The notes below the pieces were generated by a model. That model worked only from the letters and a program-made list of their open reading frames with translations, ran no database searches and was not told the origin of the DNA. DNA of 64,000 nucleotides from an uncultured virus (IMG/VR IMGVR_UViG_3300009509_000003). Its lineage: Duplodnaviria; Heunggongvirae; Uroviricota; Caudoviricetes. A program made the translations under genes and the position numbers. Of this stretch, positions 43,408 through 52,816 are shown piece by piece. Position 1 is the first letter of the stretch, and each line of letters starts with the position of its first letter. The DNA is taken from the IMG/VR virus record IMGVR_UViG_3300009509_000003. One strand, given 5' to 3'.

Positions 43408-43736
43408 AGCCTCCTGAGCATCGCGACGAGGCGACGCCGACGCTCTGCTCCGTCGTCGATCTTATTTATGCGTTCGAGCTGCTCCCGGTCAGTATCGGCC
43501 TTCACCCGAGCTTCGATTCGAGCAACCGTGGCCTCTTCTTCAACTTGGGCGACATGCTCTTTGATGCGCTCGTCTATCGGTGGAAGGGATATGGAACCGT
43601 CGGGGTCTCTCTTAGGATCGGCTTTTTTCCTGAACGCTCCCCGGAGAATGACGATCACGACGATCAGAATGACTGCGCCGACACTGATCAGAACCCACTT
43701 CGACCGTTTCCAAAACGCCTTGAGCTTCGCTTTCAT
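43404..43736 (-). CDS. single-TM protein with helical C-terminus (i-spanin-like topology)
   Basis: WVLISVGAVILIVVIVIL then charged helix. Confidence 0.55.
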   Translation of the reverse strand: MKAKLKAFWKRSKWVLISVGAVILIVVIVILRGAFRKKADPKRDPDGSISLPPIDERIKEHVAQVEEEATVARIEARVKADTDREQLERINKIDDGAERRRRLVAMLRRL

Positions 43737-43788
43737 GTCCCTCTCATCCTATAACGAAACGTCTAAGAAGAATAGCCGAGAGGAGCTT

Positions 43789-44070
43789 TCAGAACAAGGA
43801 TAGCTGGCGAGCCAGGACCCGCCCGTCCGCCGGGCGCTTGATGCGCTCGATCCGCTCCACGCGACTTCCGATCTCTGTTTTGTCGAAATTCTTACGAATC
43901 TCGGAAACATCCATCGAGGTATTCACCACAAACCACCCCGAGTCTGGATCGACTTCTGTCCCGTATTCGCATTCGTGCACAGGTCCGGCGGCCACACCAA
44001 CAACGCTCTGTAGTAGTCGAACCCCTGTTATCGACCGGCAGCGCGCTATGCGTATGAAATACCACGCCAT
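43789..44070 (-). CDS. hypothetical protein
   Basis: start MAWYFIR. Confidence 0.4.
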   Translation of the reverse strand: MAWYFIRIARCRSITGVRLLQSVVGVAAGPVHECEYGTEVDPDSGWFVVNTSMDVSEIRKNFDKTEIGSRVERIERIKRPADGRVLARQLSLF

Positions 44071-44114
44071 GTGCTGACCATGGCACGCGAGCACGAACAG
44101 GTCAAGCGCAAACG

Positions 44115-44975
44115 TTACTTCTCGTACTGCTTTAGAGCTTGGCGAGCTAGATCGGCGATTCGAGGGTCTCTCTTGTTCCCCGCCGAATGGAAACGGCGCT
44201 TCGCTTCTTCCCAAGTTACGAGAGCCACACGCTCAGTCTCGGCCGTAGGGTGAGGCTGGCCCGACACTTTCACGGCGAGGAAGAAATGGGTCACAGAAAA
44301 ACTCCCCGTTCCCTTGCCTATGTACGATCCGTTACCGGGAAGGATCTTCACTCGGAGACCCGTCTCCTCCCACACCTCTCGAAGAGCGGCCTGTTTGATC
44401 GACTCTCCCTTGTCGACCTGACCCTTCGGAAACGCCCATGGGCCGTAATTGTTGGACGGCTTGATGATATAGACGTGCTCGTGGTCGTCCATCGAAGGGA
44501 TGACCACGCAGCCAGCCGATGTCCACTTCTTGAAGGGCTTCGGTTGCGGCGGATGAAACAGAACTCCAGGATACTTCGCCGCCGCTGATTTCGCTTCGGC
44601 TTGCGGAACTACAGCAATCAGCGCCTGCTCTCCAACGATGATTTTGTGATGACCGACAGCGAGCGCCAGCTCCAACTTTTTCAGTTGATCGGCAAACTCT
44701 TTCTCGGTCATCTGGTGCTTCGGAACTTTTAGGACGACCAGATGCTCGTCTTTCTCTTTCGTGACGGGGTCGATGTACGGGTAAACAGTGATCTTCTGCA
44801 GCTTCGGCTTGTCGGTCTTCTTCGGTGTCGCAACGGTGAGCTGATGTCCGCCCTTCTTAGGCAGCTGCTCTTTCTTCACCTTCTTTTTCGGCACGACGAT
44901 CTTCTTCGCAATCGCACCGAGCTTCGTTCCCCACATGCCGAACGGCGGCGGCTCGTATGGCGGTTTCTTGGCCAT
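44115..44975 (-). CDS. Nudix hydrolase with N-terminal extra domain
   Basis: WAFPKGQVDKGESIKQAALREVWEETGL (complete Nudix box). Confidence 0.9.
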   Translation of the reverse strand: MAKKPPYEPPPFGMWGTKLGAIAKKIVVPKKKVKKEQLPKKGGHQLTVATPKKTDKPKLQKITVYPYIDPVTKEKDEHLVVLKVPKHQMTEKEFADQLKKLELALAVGHHKIIVGEQALIAVVPQAEAKSAAAKYPGVLFHPPQPKPFKKWTSAGCVVIPSMDDHEHVYIIKPSNNYGPWAFPKGQVDKGESIKQAALREVWEETGLRVKILPGNGSYIGKGTGSFSVTHFFLAVKVSGQPHPTAETERVALVTWEEAKRRFHSAGNKRDPRIADLARQALKQYEK

Positions 44976-44978
44976 CGA

Positions 44979-45779
44979 CTACCACGCCTCTACCCGGAAG
45001 TTGGAGTCCGTGCCGCCCGTCATGTCCGTCACTACGAACCCAACGTTGATGACGGTATCGGTCTGAGTTGTGTTCCCGTGCGATCCCCCGAAGTCCTGTG
45101 CTAGTGAAACAGTAGCAGCTCCGCCATTGCTGGCGGTCATCAGGAAGTCCGCTCCGATGCCGTTGATCGCCGCGATGATGGTGTCACGAACATCATCGGC
45201 GGTGGTGTCGGTCGAGACATCCACCAAGATGTTCCCAGGGGTGACTCCGTTTCCGGACACATCAAACTCGAATACTACTGGTGGATGCACACCATCGTCG
45301 AGTGTGAACGTCTCCCCGTCGAGGAGGTTTATCACTGGTATTGTCGTGATCGACCCCGTCGCGATAGCCCCACCACCTCGAACAGCGATACCGGCCTCGT
45401 GACGATCGTTGTAGATGCGCTCCCCGCCGGCATCGACGACGCCGTGGACATTCGCACCGTCAAACGAAACTTCCAGCTCCGTGGAGCCGTCGTTGACAAC
45501 GAGGATCTTTTGCGCCCAAATCATTGGGTGTGGGTCGTCGCCCCGCTGTCCTGTTCCCGCCGGGTTCGCCCCGACACTGTGAGGGCCGTTGTAGTCCGGG
45601 GCTGACACGTCCTCCCCCGGACGAATCGTTGGGAGCGGCACGTAGGTGTTCGCCGACGCCTGGTCTGCGAACAGATAGGCGTTGGAGTCGAAGCTGCCCC
45701 CTGTCGTCCCTCTGAGAAAGAATCGAATGCTTCGCAGGCCGGAGCCTACCCTCGGCGGCCACCCAGTTGGAAACGCCAT
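44979..45779 (-). CDS. putative virion structural protein
   Basis: G/T/D-rich beta composition; DGETFTLDDG...FEFD segment. Confidence 0.6.
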   Translation of the reverse strand: MAFPTGWPPRVGSGLRSIRFFLRGTTGGSFDSNAYLFADQASANTYVPLPTIRPGEDVSAPDYNGPHSVGANPAGTGQRGDDPHPMIWAQKILVVNDGSTELEVSFDGANVHGVVDAGGERIYNDRHEAGIAVRGGGAIATGSITTIPVINLLDGETFTLDDGVHPPVVFEFDVSGNGVTPGNILVDVSTDTTADDVRDTIIAAINGIGADFLMTASNGGAATVSLAQDFGGSHGNTTQTDTVINVGFVVTDMTGGTDSNFRVEAW

Positions 45780-45780
45780 G

Positions 45781-45978
45781 TCACTTCTCCTCGATTGCTA
45801 TCGCGATGGAGCGAGCAAAGAGCTGCGCCACCGTCATGTTCTTCTTCGCCGCGGCATCGGACAGAGCTTTATATGTAGGGGCCGCTATCGGCAGCATGAT
45901 CCAATCCTCACCCACTTCCGGAGCCTGTTCGGCTTCCTTCTCGAGTTCGTCGATCGCGGATATGAGTGGTTTGACCAT
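45781..45978 (-). CDS. small ribbon-helix-helix-like protein
   Basis: LPIAAPTYKALSDAAAKKNMTVAQLF. Confidence 0.5.
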   Translation of the reverse strand: MVKPLISAIDELEKEAEQAPEVGEDWIMLPIAAPTYKALSDAAAKKNMTVAQLFARSIAIAIEEK

Positions 45979-46020
45979 CGTCTAAACCTACCATCTACGA
46001 GGATGGTACGACAAGTAGAA

Positions 46021-46452
46021 CTACGGGGCGCCCTTCTTAGGCAAGTAGTGGCCCATATGCCAAGAATCGTATGGACCTCCAGGCGCTCCTCCGATCCTAG
46101 GGCGAGGCTGCCCGGTGAGACCGCTCTTCCTCCACTCGATCGCCATCTCGAGAAGACGCCAGTCCTCCGGAGAAAGATCGAGGGGATCGACACCGGAGAT
46201 TTCGACAGCTCGCTTTAGAATATCGGCCTCGTTCATCTCTGGGTGCTTGGGTATCAGGTCCTTGGCGTGCTTCCAAAGCACTTCGGCCGTCTCGGTCCGA
46301 TATGGCCATGGCTGAGCATCGTCTCGGTTGGCTGCGGCAGAAGCCTGCCCTAGAGGCGCGTAGAAGCCCTTCCACGCTGCGGATGAACGCTGGGGACTGG
46401 GAGCGCCCATCGCCTCTCTGAGGGCCTTCAGAAGCCGTTTTCGTAGCATCAC
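46021..46452 (-). CDS. hypothetical protein
   Basis: LREA leader; coupled to upstream gene. Confidence 0.55.
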   Translation of the reverse strand: MMLRKRLLKALREAMGAPSPQRSSAAWKGFYAPLGQASAAANRDDAQPWPYRTETAEVLWKHAKDLIPKHPEMNEADILKRAVEISGVDPLDLSPEDWRLLEMAIEWRKSGLTGQPRPRIGGAPGGPYDSWHMGHYLPKKGAP

Positions 46453-47297
46453 TGGCCCCCTGAATTATTCGACCGGGCGTTAGCCCCCAGGGTGTACCAG
46501 TCGTTGGCGATCTCATCCAGAGGAGCAGCTGACGGGAACTTCACCGCTCCGGCTCGCTGCGGCACTTCAGCGAAGGCTAGACCGACGTTCGCAATTCGAG
46601 GAGCACCGGACGGGAAAAAAGCCTCGATGGTTATGTCGCATTGCGTCATGACACAGAGAATACCGCCACCCCCGACGCTGAACCCTCCCGCCCCTCCAAA
46701 TCGCTCGATCTCAGAGCCGGTGATGTGCAGCATGAGTTTTCTCGGAGGCTTTGTGATCGGAACCCCTACCTCCGAGTTCTCACCGTACCGAGGCAGCATG
46801 AATCGTCTCAACCAAATCAATGCGCCGGGAAGAAACGGATTGCGATGCTGCACTCCGGAGGCCTGCATACGAGTGTTCATCGCGCGCACAGCCCCGGACA
46901 CGGTCTGCTGACGCACCGTCGATACCTTCGCTACAGGAGACTGGTCGCCAAAAGCCGTCTGCAGCCGTTCAGCCGCCATAAAAGACTGATCGGATGTTTG
47001 AACCACGTTCAGGTGGTCAACGTCGGTCGTGAAGTAGGCCGTGAACGAGATCGTTCTCTCCCCCGATCCCGTGTACTGGTAGAGGGGGAGAGACGCGCCT
47101 GGCACTTCTTTGGTCTGGTAGTTGACGGCTTTGGTGTCGGAGATCGATTCAGGGAAGTACTGGAAGCGTCTCCACTGCGGAACGCCATTTTGAATAAGCG
47201 GAAGATCGTCCTCTCCCAGCTCGGTTATGTAAACTTCGCTCCGGCGTGTCGACGAGACACTCTTGATACCGGCAGCGAGCGTCCCGAGGGTAGGCAC
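46449..47297 (-). CDS. contractile tail tube/tube-initiator-like (CIS tube) protein
   Basis: FQYFPESISDTKAVNY...VPGASLPLYQYTGSGERTISF; C-terminal FFPSGAPRIANVGLAFAE. Confidence 0.75.
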   Translation of the reverse strand: MPTLGTLAAGIKSVSSTRRSEVYITELGEDDLPLIQNGVPQWRRFQYFPESISDTKAVNYQTKEVPGASLPLYQYTGSGERTISFTAYFTTDVDHLNVVQTSDQSFMAAERLQTAFGDQSPVAKVSTVRQQTVSGAVRAMNTRMQASGVQHRNPFLPGALIWLRRFMLPRYGENSEVGVPITKPPRKLMLHITGSEIERFGGAGGFSVGGGGILCVMTQCDITIEAFFPSGAPRIANVGLAFAEVPQRAGAVKFPSAAPLDEIANDWYTLGANARSNNSGGQ

Positions 47298-47309
47298 TCG
47301 GTCCTCCGT

Positions 47310-47783
47310 CTACTTCTTCTTGTAGGCCGCGTGCTTCTTCGACTTCTTCATCGATTTGAGAACGGTCTTCAGATGCTTCTGCCCCGCTTCACTGGCACGC
47401 CATTTTTTGTAGGCCACGTTGTACTTTCCCTTGTAGATCCTGTCGATGTGGACGGCCTTCTCCACCTTGCGCCACTTCTTGGTAGGCTTTCCATCCTTCA
47501 TGATTTTCTCGTAGCCCATGCAGTGGCACTGGTAGGAGCTGCAACGGCACTTCCACTTCTTGTCCTTGGGCTTTTTCGGGGCGTGCGTCCGACCCTTCAC
47601 CTTCTTTATCCTCGTCGGCCCCAACGCCTTCCCCTTCGCGATGTTTTTGAATGGGTTGTGGGACGTGCTCGCGCCGAACTTCTTCACGAGCTTCTTCTTC
47701 GTCGCATGGTGCAGCTTCTCGTGAAGATCGAGAATGTCCCGAACCTCTTCCACCAGCCCCATTATCTTGCCATAGTTTTCCAC
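47310..47783 (-). CDS. very Lys-rich putative DNA-condensing head protein
   Basis: acidic leader ending LHE, then K-rich body with CRCSSYQCHC. Confidence 0.6.
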   Translation of the reverse strand: MENYGKIMGLVEEVRDILDLHEKLHHATKKKLVKKFGASTSHNPFKNIAKGKALGPTRIKKVKGRTHAPKKPKDKKWKCRCSSYQCHCMGYEKIMKDGKPTKKWRKVEKAVHIDRIYKGKYNVAYKKWRASEAGQKHLKTVLKSMKKSKKHAAYKKK

Positions 47784-47801
47784 GTCTCGGCCTCCTGCTG
47801 C

Positions 47802-48140
47802 TTACAGCTCCTGCAGCTTCATGTCCCAGTTCACGGAGTCTACATAAAACAGGTCGATGATGGAATCCGCAAACGAAGGGTCCGTTTTCAACACTTGAGC
47901 CGCGCTCCTCGACCGACCCGCCGCATCGAAAGAGAACGTGAGAACGTCCTTTCCCCGATTTCGGGTGCCGATGAACATCCCCGGACGAATTCCCCGAAGG
48001 ATCATCGTTCCCATCTTGGTCCGAGCTGGGGAGAACCTCCTCACGAGAGACGCCCAATCGATCTCCATCGGTTCAGACTTCTGCTCGGGAATGAACTTCC
48101 CGTCGCGAAGTCGGGCCGGCCGAAGCACGAACTTAGACAT
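47802..48140 (-). CDS. hypothetical protein
   Basis: ORF within operon. Confidence 0.55.
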   Translation of the reverse strand: MSKFVLRPARLRDGKFIPEQKSEPMEIDWASLVRRFSPARTKMGTMILRGIRPGMFIGTRNRGKDVLTFSFDAAGRSRSAAQVLKTDPSFADSIIDLFYVDSVNWDMKLQEL

Positions 48141-48441
48141 TCGCCCCCACCTTCCGGAGCGCTTCCACCGCTTGAGCGAGGTACTGCCCCGCGTCGGTGT
48201 CGACCGCCTCCACGATGGGGTAGAGGTTCTGCATGATGGCGAACGCTACCCTGCGAACGTCCTCTCGGCGGTTTCCGAGAAGCATCATTGGCAGATCCTC
48301 GCACTGAGCCACCACAGCTCGTCCCGAGTCGAGGAGATTGCGAAGGTCAGGCCGCGCCTGGTTCGCTGCCTCGTGCCGCCACCGGGCGAAAGGACCCGGA
48401 GAGAGCACGCGCGAACGTACCTCTTTCAATAGGTCACCCAT
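48133..48441 (-). CDS. hypothetical protein
   Basis: SD GGAGG. Confidence 0.55.
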   Translation of the reverse strand: MGDLLKEVRSRVLSPGPFARWRHEAANQARPDLRNLLDSGRAVVAQCEDLPMMLLGNRREDVRRVAFAIMQNLYPIVEAVDTDAGQYLAQAVEALRKVGANV

Positions 48442-48471
48442 GATACCTCCAGACGCGAACGCCGAATGCGA

Positions 48472-48825
48472 TCAGACCGCCGCTACGTACAGCTCTTCGA
48501 CATCGCGAACGTCGGTCTGAGCTGCGATGGCGAAGGTCACGACGCCGGCCTGAACGATCTGGTTCCACTGCTCCGAAACGGGCAGTCCGCGCATCTGCGA
48601 GCGGCTGTAGCGCCAGTCTCGCGGATTCATGGCGATGTCCACCGCGTCGTTCGCTCCGCCGTTTGCGTCCAGCGTTCCGACATACGGTCCGGCTGGGTAC
48701 GGGAGCGGGTTGGACCGATGAGTCGCCTCTTCGGGGTGGTTGCCGCCCGGAAGCGCCACGCCATCTTCGCCGACTTCCGGCTTGTTGATCTCGACTGCGA
48801 GCTGGTTTGTAACCGTGATGATCAT
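48472..48825 (-). CDS. putative structural protein
   Basis: SD GGAGG; virion-like composition. Confidence 0.55.
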   Translation of the reverse strand: MIITVTNQLAVEINKPEVGEDGVALPGGNHPEEATHRSNPLPYPAGPYVGTLDANGGANDAVDIAMNPRDWRYSRSQMRGLPVSEQWNQIVQAGVVTFAIAAQTDVRDVEELYVAAV

Positions 48826-48897
48826 CTGAGCCTCCCTTTTGGGCTTTGGCCTATCCTACGACCCTAGTGTATCTCTGATCGTTTCGTCAAGCCAGTA

Positions 48898-49305
48898 CTA
48901 GTCACCTACTGCCATGACAGTAATCTCTATGTCAACCGTTCCGCCGTTCGTGGCGAACAGATCGGTGATCCCAGACGTGGACATGAGCAGATGCGCTTGA
49001 GCTGCCCCCGGAAGAGGTTCGACGGTGATCGCCTCACCGCCGATCGCGTTCTTCTTGATCGTGATGGCTCCGAGCGTCTCCGTCGCCAGCTTCGCGTTCG
49101 TCTTGATCAGCACGAACCGGGCCGTGGAGATTTCGGTCAACATCACCGACACGTCGGTGGCTCCGGCAGCTAGAAGTGTCTTCCGAACCCCGCCCTCTCC
49201 GGAGTCGTCGTCGAGAACCTCGTAGGCAACGTTTCCGAGGTCCCTCTCTTCGGCCGATGTCGACGACACCGAGGCTTCGATCTTGTATCTGATGCGCACG
49301 CTCAT
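48898..49305 (-). CDS. putative structural protein
   Basis: beta-rich, A/T/G-rich. Confidence 0.55.
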   Translation of the reverse strand: MSVRIRYKIEASVSSTSAEERDLGNVAYEVLDDDSGEGGVRKTLLAAGATDVSVMLTEISTARFVLIKTNAKLATETLGAITIKKNAIGGEAITVEPLPGAAQAHLLMSTSGITDLFATNGGTVDIEITVMAVGD

Positions 49306-49313
49306 GGCTGCTC

Positions 49314-49502
49314 CTAGTCGTCACTATCGTCGATCAAACCGGCTCGAATCGCAAGCTCTTTGAGAAGGGCATCCTTCTGCTGTGCGTTCAGAGCCTCGAA
49401 TGTCTGCCCGTCGAAGTTGGATTTCGCCGTCGCTCGCTTCTTCTTGACCACGTGGCGAGGGTCGGCTTCTTTCAGCACTTTCGCGTCTACGGCTTGAGGC
49501 AT
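49314..49502 (-). CDS. small hypothetical protein
   Basis: 62 aa, SD AAGGAG. Confidence 0.5.
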   Translation of the reverse strand: MPQAVDAKVLKEADPRHVVKKKRATAKSNFDGQTFEALNAQQKDALLKELAIRAGLIDDSDD

Positions 49503-49506
49503 AACC

Positions 49507-49884
49507 CTACTCCTTCTCCAGCTGGACCACGCGCATCAAATAGAAGTCGCTTTCTTCGAGAGACCCTGGGGGTAGTAGATCCCCCCAAAACAACGGGGAC
49601 AGCAATCGATATCTTTCCTGTTCCTCGAAGATAAAAGCGCTGTCTCCAGGAGCCATCGCGTCCACTAAAATGTGGATTTCGTCGTTCTGGGTGTCGAGGA
49701 CCAAATACCCGGTCACCGACGTAGCGTCTTCCTCTACCGTGTAGGTCTCGTCCTCGCCCAGAGCCTTTTCCTCGCCCTTCCAGGTAAACTCTCCAGCTCG
49801 GACGGTGAAAGTTCTGTTCGCCACTTCCACAGTCAAGTCCATCGCGCTCTTCAACGAGCTGGACGTTTTTGGAATGAAAGCCAT
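49507..49884 (-). CDS. hypothetical protein downstream of tail fibre
   Basis: acidic 125 aa, SD GAGG. Confidence 0.55.
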   Translation of the reverse strand: MAFIPKTSSSLKSAMDLTVEVANRTFTVRAGEFTWKGEEKALGEDETYTVEEDATSVTGYLVLDTQNDEIHILVDAMAPGDSAFIFEEQERYRLLSPLFWGDLLPPGSLEESDFYLMRVVQLEKE

Positions 49885-49893
49885 CGTCCTCTC

Positions 49894-52815
49894 CTAACTG
49901 TCCTGCCTAGCAAACACGACGAACATAATGTCCACAGCGTTATCATTTAGCGTGATCTGTGACCCGGCAGCATCGAATGCTTCTATCTGAAAACCTGTGT
50001 CGGCCAGGTTGCTTCCCACGAGTGTGATCGCGGTTCCTCTGAGCGCGCTCAACAATACCGCGTAGTATTGCCCTGACACGGAATCAAGATCTCGGAGAAT
50101 CAGAACTTGTGCTCTTCCGCTCGTGTAAGTCACCGCGTCGTCGATGTTGAATCCGTCATGAACCACAGTCGATGCCCCGCTAGTAAACATCCCCCAGGCC
50201 TTCGGCATGCTCAGCCCGTAGAGAGAATTCGCTAATGGGCTCGACGATTGCTGCGCGAGCAACGTCGGGTTCGTCTGCAAGCCGGAACCGTTGAAGTACA
50301 GTAAGCCGTCCGTCATCCGGAGATTGGAGTAGTGTGGAGTACCTCCACCGTATGCGTAGAACTGGTATGCCGGAGTCCCCCAACTCGTCCATGGACTCGC
50401 TGTCGCGGGCTCTCTATATACGTAGTACCACCCATCTGAAGTTATCTTTGTCAGCATCGCGTCTTCGGAGGAGTCATCGCTGATCCACTGAGGCGTTCCG
50501 CCGTTGTAGTCGTATCGTGCGTTGTACGTCTTGTAGATATCGATATCGGTTCCGTCCGCCTCGACGTACTCCCTGAACTCGGGCCCACTCACATCAGAAG
50601 ATTCATAGTGGCGCATCAAAGTCAGGGGGGAGACGCTGGCAGGTCCGGCTTCAGCATGAATCCGTGCACTGGTATCCAGAGTCGACTCCGTCAACACCGC
50701 TGTTGGAGGCATGAGAAGTTCCAAACGCCCATCTAGGCTGAGGTTACCTTTTCCAATAGCCTCTCGGGCGAAATTCAGAAGTTCAAACCCCTCGGAGTCA
50801 TCGGCCCACTCTGTGTCCGTCCACGGATCCGTCGTCCCGTTCGCTTCCTTCGAGTAGAACCGTACCCCGTCTTTCAAAACGGAGATTCTGCACGCCCTCA
50901 ACGTGGAGTCATCATATGTCCAGTTCTCGCCTGAACCGCTCCAACGAGCATTGAGGGTAATGACCAATTTATCTACGCCGGATTCCAGATCGCCGCTAAA
51001 TCCATCAGAAACGTATACTCGAACATCACCCTGTCCCGATTGATTGTCGAGGTGGAGAAGGCAAACAAACTTCGCCGTCGTTCCCGCAGGAAAGTGAGCA
51101 TGGATACGTGGAACCGCACCATAACTTGAAGAGGACAACAGCCCCTCACCCAGCTCTTCCAATTGCCCTCGAATCTGCAACCGCCCTCTATTATCTAGCC
51201 CAGTGCTGCCCCACTGGTAAATTAGCTGCTCGAAACCGTTAGTGCCGTCATCCCAGTCGGTATCGTTCCAAGGAGAGACCGCACTGCTTAGATAAATATG
51301 GAATTCTAGTCCCTGATTACCCACCAACAGCATCCCGGAGTTGTATGCAGCCTCGTCTCGTTCCCACTGTGTTTCGGTCCAATGCGCGTTGTTGGTTAGG
51401 TAGAGCGCAGACGCGTTATTCAGGGCCGTCCCTTGTCCGACATAAACTCGAACATTACCAAAGTCTCCTCCCGCATCCTGAGACTCCCATAGCAGCGTGT
51501 AATCGGCCACCGTGTAGTCGGCTGCAGAAGTCGCAATCCGGGGCTTGGCGGCTTCAGTCGCGCTTGCGATGAGACCGTCAAACTCTAGCTTCCCTTCGAG
51601 TAGCCTCAGTAACCATTCCGCGCCGTCGTACTTCCCCGCGTCCACGCTCGACCCTGTAAGCGTCTGACCGATCTGCACCATGTCTTCTATTGGGTCGCCC
51701 GAGTTGTGCTTCCCCAACATGAGGGCTGAGATCAGCTTACTGGCTCCCATAATCCCAGACCGCAGGGGGTGGTTCGGGTTCTTAGCCGGAGAGGGGCTCT
51801 CGACGAATATCGCGAGGTCGTCGAAGAACAGTGTGCCTGTCATCGCCGCCGTCGACTGCACGAGGATAGCAAACTTCACAAAACGAGCGTTGGCCGGAGC
51901 CTCCACAAATCCTTGAATCTCAGTCCATGAAAATGTGCCGGAGAGGGAAGTATCTTCCACAAACCCCTGACTGACAAATGTCATGTCGTTGTTGTAGAAG
52001 ATATAATAGATGCCTTGGTGCCCAGAAGTAACTCCGCTCCACAACGATCCCCGAATCCAAAAAGCGATGTCGATGAGCGATCCGGGCTCCACCGCCACTA
52101 TCCGATCGACCGCAAGGCTTCCCTGCCCTGAGACAGTCTGACCAGCCACCTGCAGGTTGTTGGCCCCGCTGTGCACTGAGCTGTGAGCAATGCTGAAAAC
52201 CAGGTCGGTTCCGAGTCCTTTGACATACCACCCTGGAAGATCCTTCGTATTGTCCAGCGTCCCGATGTCGGGTAGGTTCTCGAATCCGCCAGATTCGACT
52301 ACGCGGGACCAGCTCCGCTCCCCGGGCGCAATCTTATGCCATGCGAGTGTTCGCTGATCGAGAGCCGGTGTTATTGTCCCTGGAAGCGATCCTGGGGTCG
52401 TGCCGGTGCCGAAGATGACCAGCTGGTCCTTCTCCGGAGCCGCGTCATACTCAGCCTGGGTGTAGGCACGGATGTAGGCCGCCGTGGTCTGATTCAAGCC
52501 ATAGGTGGCGTAGACGGCTATGATATACGTCGTGCTGACGGAGAGACCGGTGAAGTCGATCGTGAAATCGCCAGTCTTTCGGATGTGGATCGAATACCCG
52601 TCATCCGTCTCGAAGACGAGAACGTGGTCTCCGGTGTCGGGGTCGTCCTCTACCGTGAGTAGGTTGTTCGTCACATTGGCAATGAGTTTGAACCCTCGGT
52701 AGATGCCAGGAGACATCGCCGCCGCACCTGTGCGGTTCATGCCCTCGGTGAGGAAAGGTTCTTTGAATTTGACCTTCACCTCAGAGTCAGCAAAAGTGGC
52801 AAGCAATGTCGACAT
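49894..52815 (-). CDS. tail fibre protein with CBM-like domain and three tandem repeats
   Basis: ESGGFE...W...FFDD module; RI...Y..NA.(W/Y)...W..D...PW repeats; C-terminal KAWGMF...FNI. Confidence 0.75.
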   Translation of the reverse strand: MSTLLATFADSEVKVKFKEPFLTEGMNRTGAAAMSPGIYRGFKLIANVTNNLLTVEDDPDTGDHVLVFETDDGYSIHIRKTGDFTIDFTGLSVSTTYIIAVYATYGLNQTTAAYIRAYTQAEYDAAPEKDQLVIFGTGTTPGSLPGTITPALDQRTLAWHKIAPGERSWSRVVESGGFENLPDIGTLDNTKDLPGWYVKGLGTDLVFSIAHSSVHSGANNLQVAGQTVSGQGSLAVDRIVAVEPGSLIDIAFWIRGSLWSGVTSGHQGIYYIFYNNDMTFVSQGFVEDTSLSGTFSWTEIQGFVEAPANARFVKFAILVQSTAAMTGTLFFDDLAIFVESPSPAKNPNHPLRSGIMGASKLISALMLGKHNSGDPIEDMVQIGQTLTGSSVDAGKYDGAEWLLRLLEGKLEFDGLIASATEAAKPRIATSAADYTVADYTLLWESQDAGGDFGNVRVYVGQGTALNNASALYLTNNAHWTETQWERDEAAYNSGMLLVGNQGLEFHIYLSSAVSPWNDTDWDDGTNGFEQLIYQWGSTGLDNRGRLQIRGQLEELGEGLLSSSSYGAVPRIHAHFPAGTTAKFVCLLHLDNQSGQGDVRVYVSDGFSGDLESGVDKLVITLNARWSGSGENWTYDDSTLRACRISVLKDGVRFYSKEANGTTDPWTDTEWADDSEGFELLNFAREAIGKGNLSLDGRLELLMPPTAVLTESTLDTSARIHAEAGPASVSPLTLMRHYESSDVSGPEFREYVEADGTDIDIYKTYNARYDYNGGTPQWISDDSSEDAMLTKITSDGWYYVYREPATASPWTSWGTPAYQFYAYGGGTPHYSNLRMTDGLLYFNGSGLQTNPTLLAQQSSSPLANSLYGLSMPKAWGMFTSGASTVVHDGFNIDDAVTYTSGRAQVLILRDLDSVSGQYYAVLLSALRGTAITLVGSNLADTGFQIEAFDAAGSQITLNDNAVDIMFVVFARQDS

Positions 52816-52816
52816 A

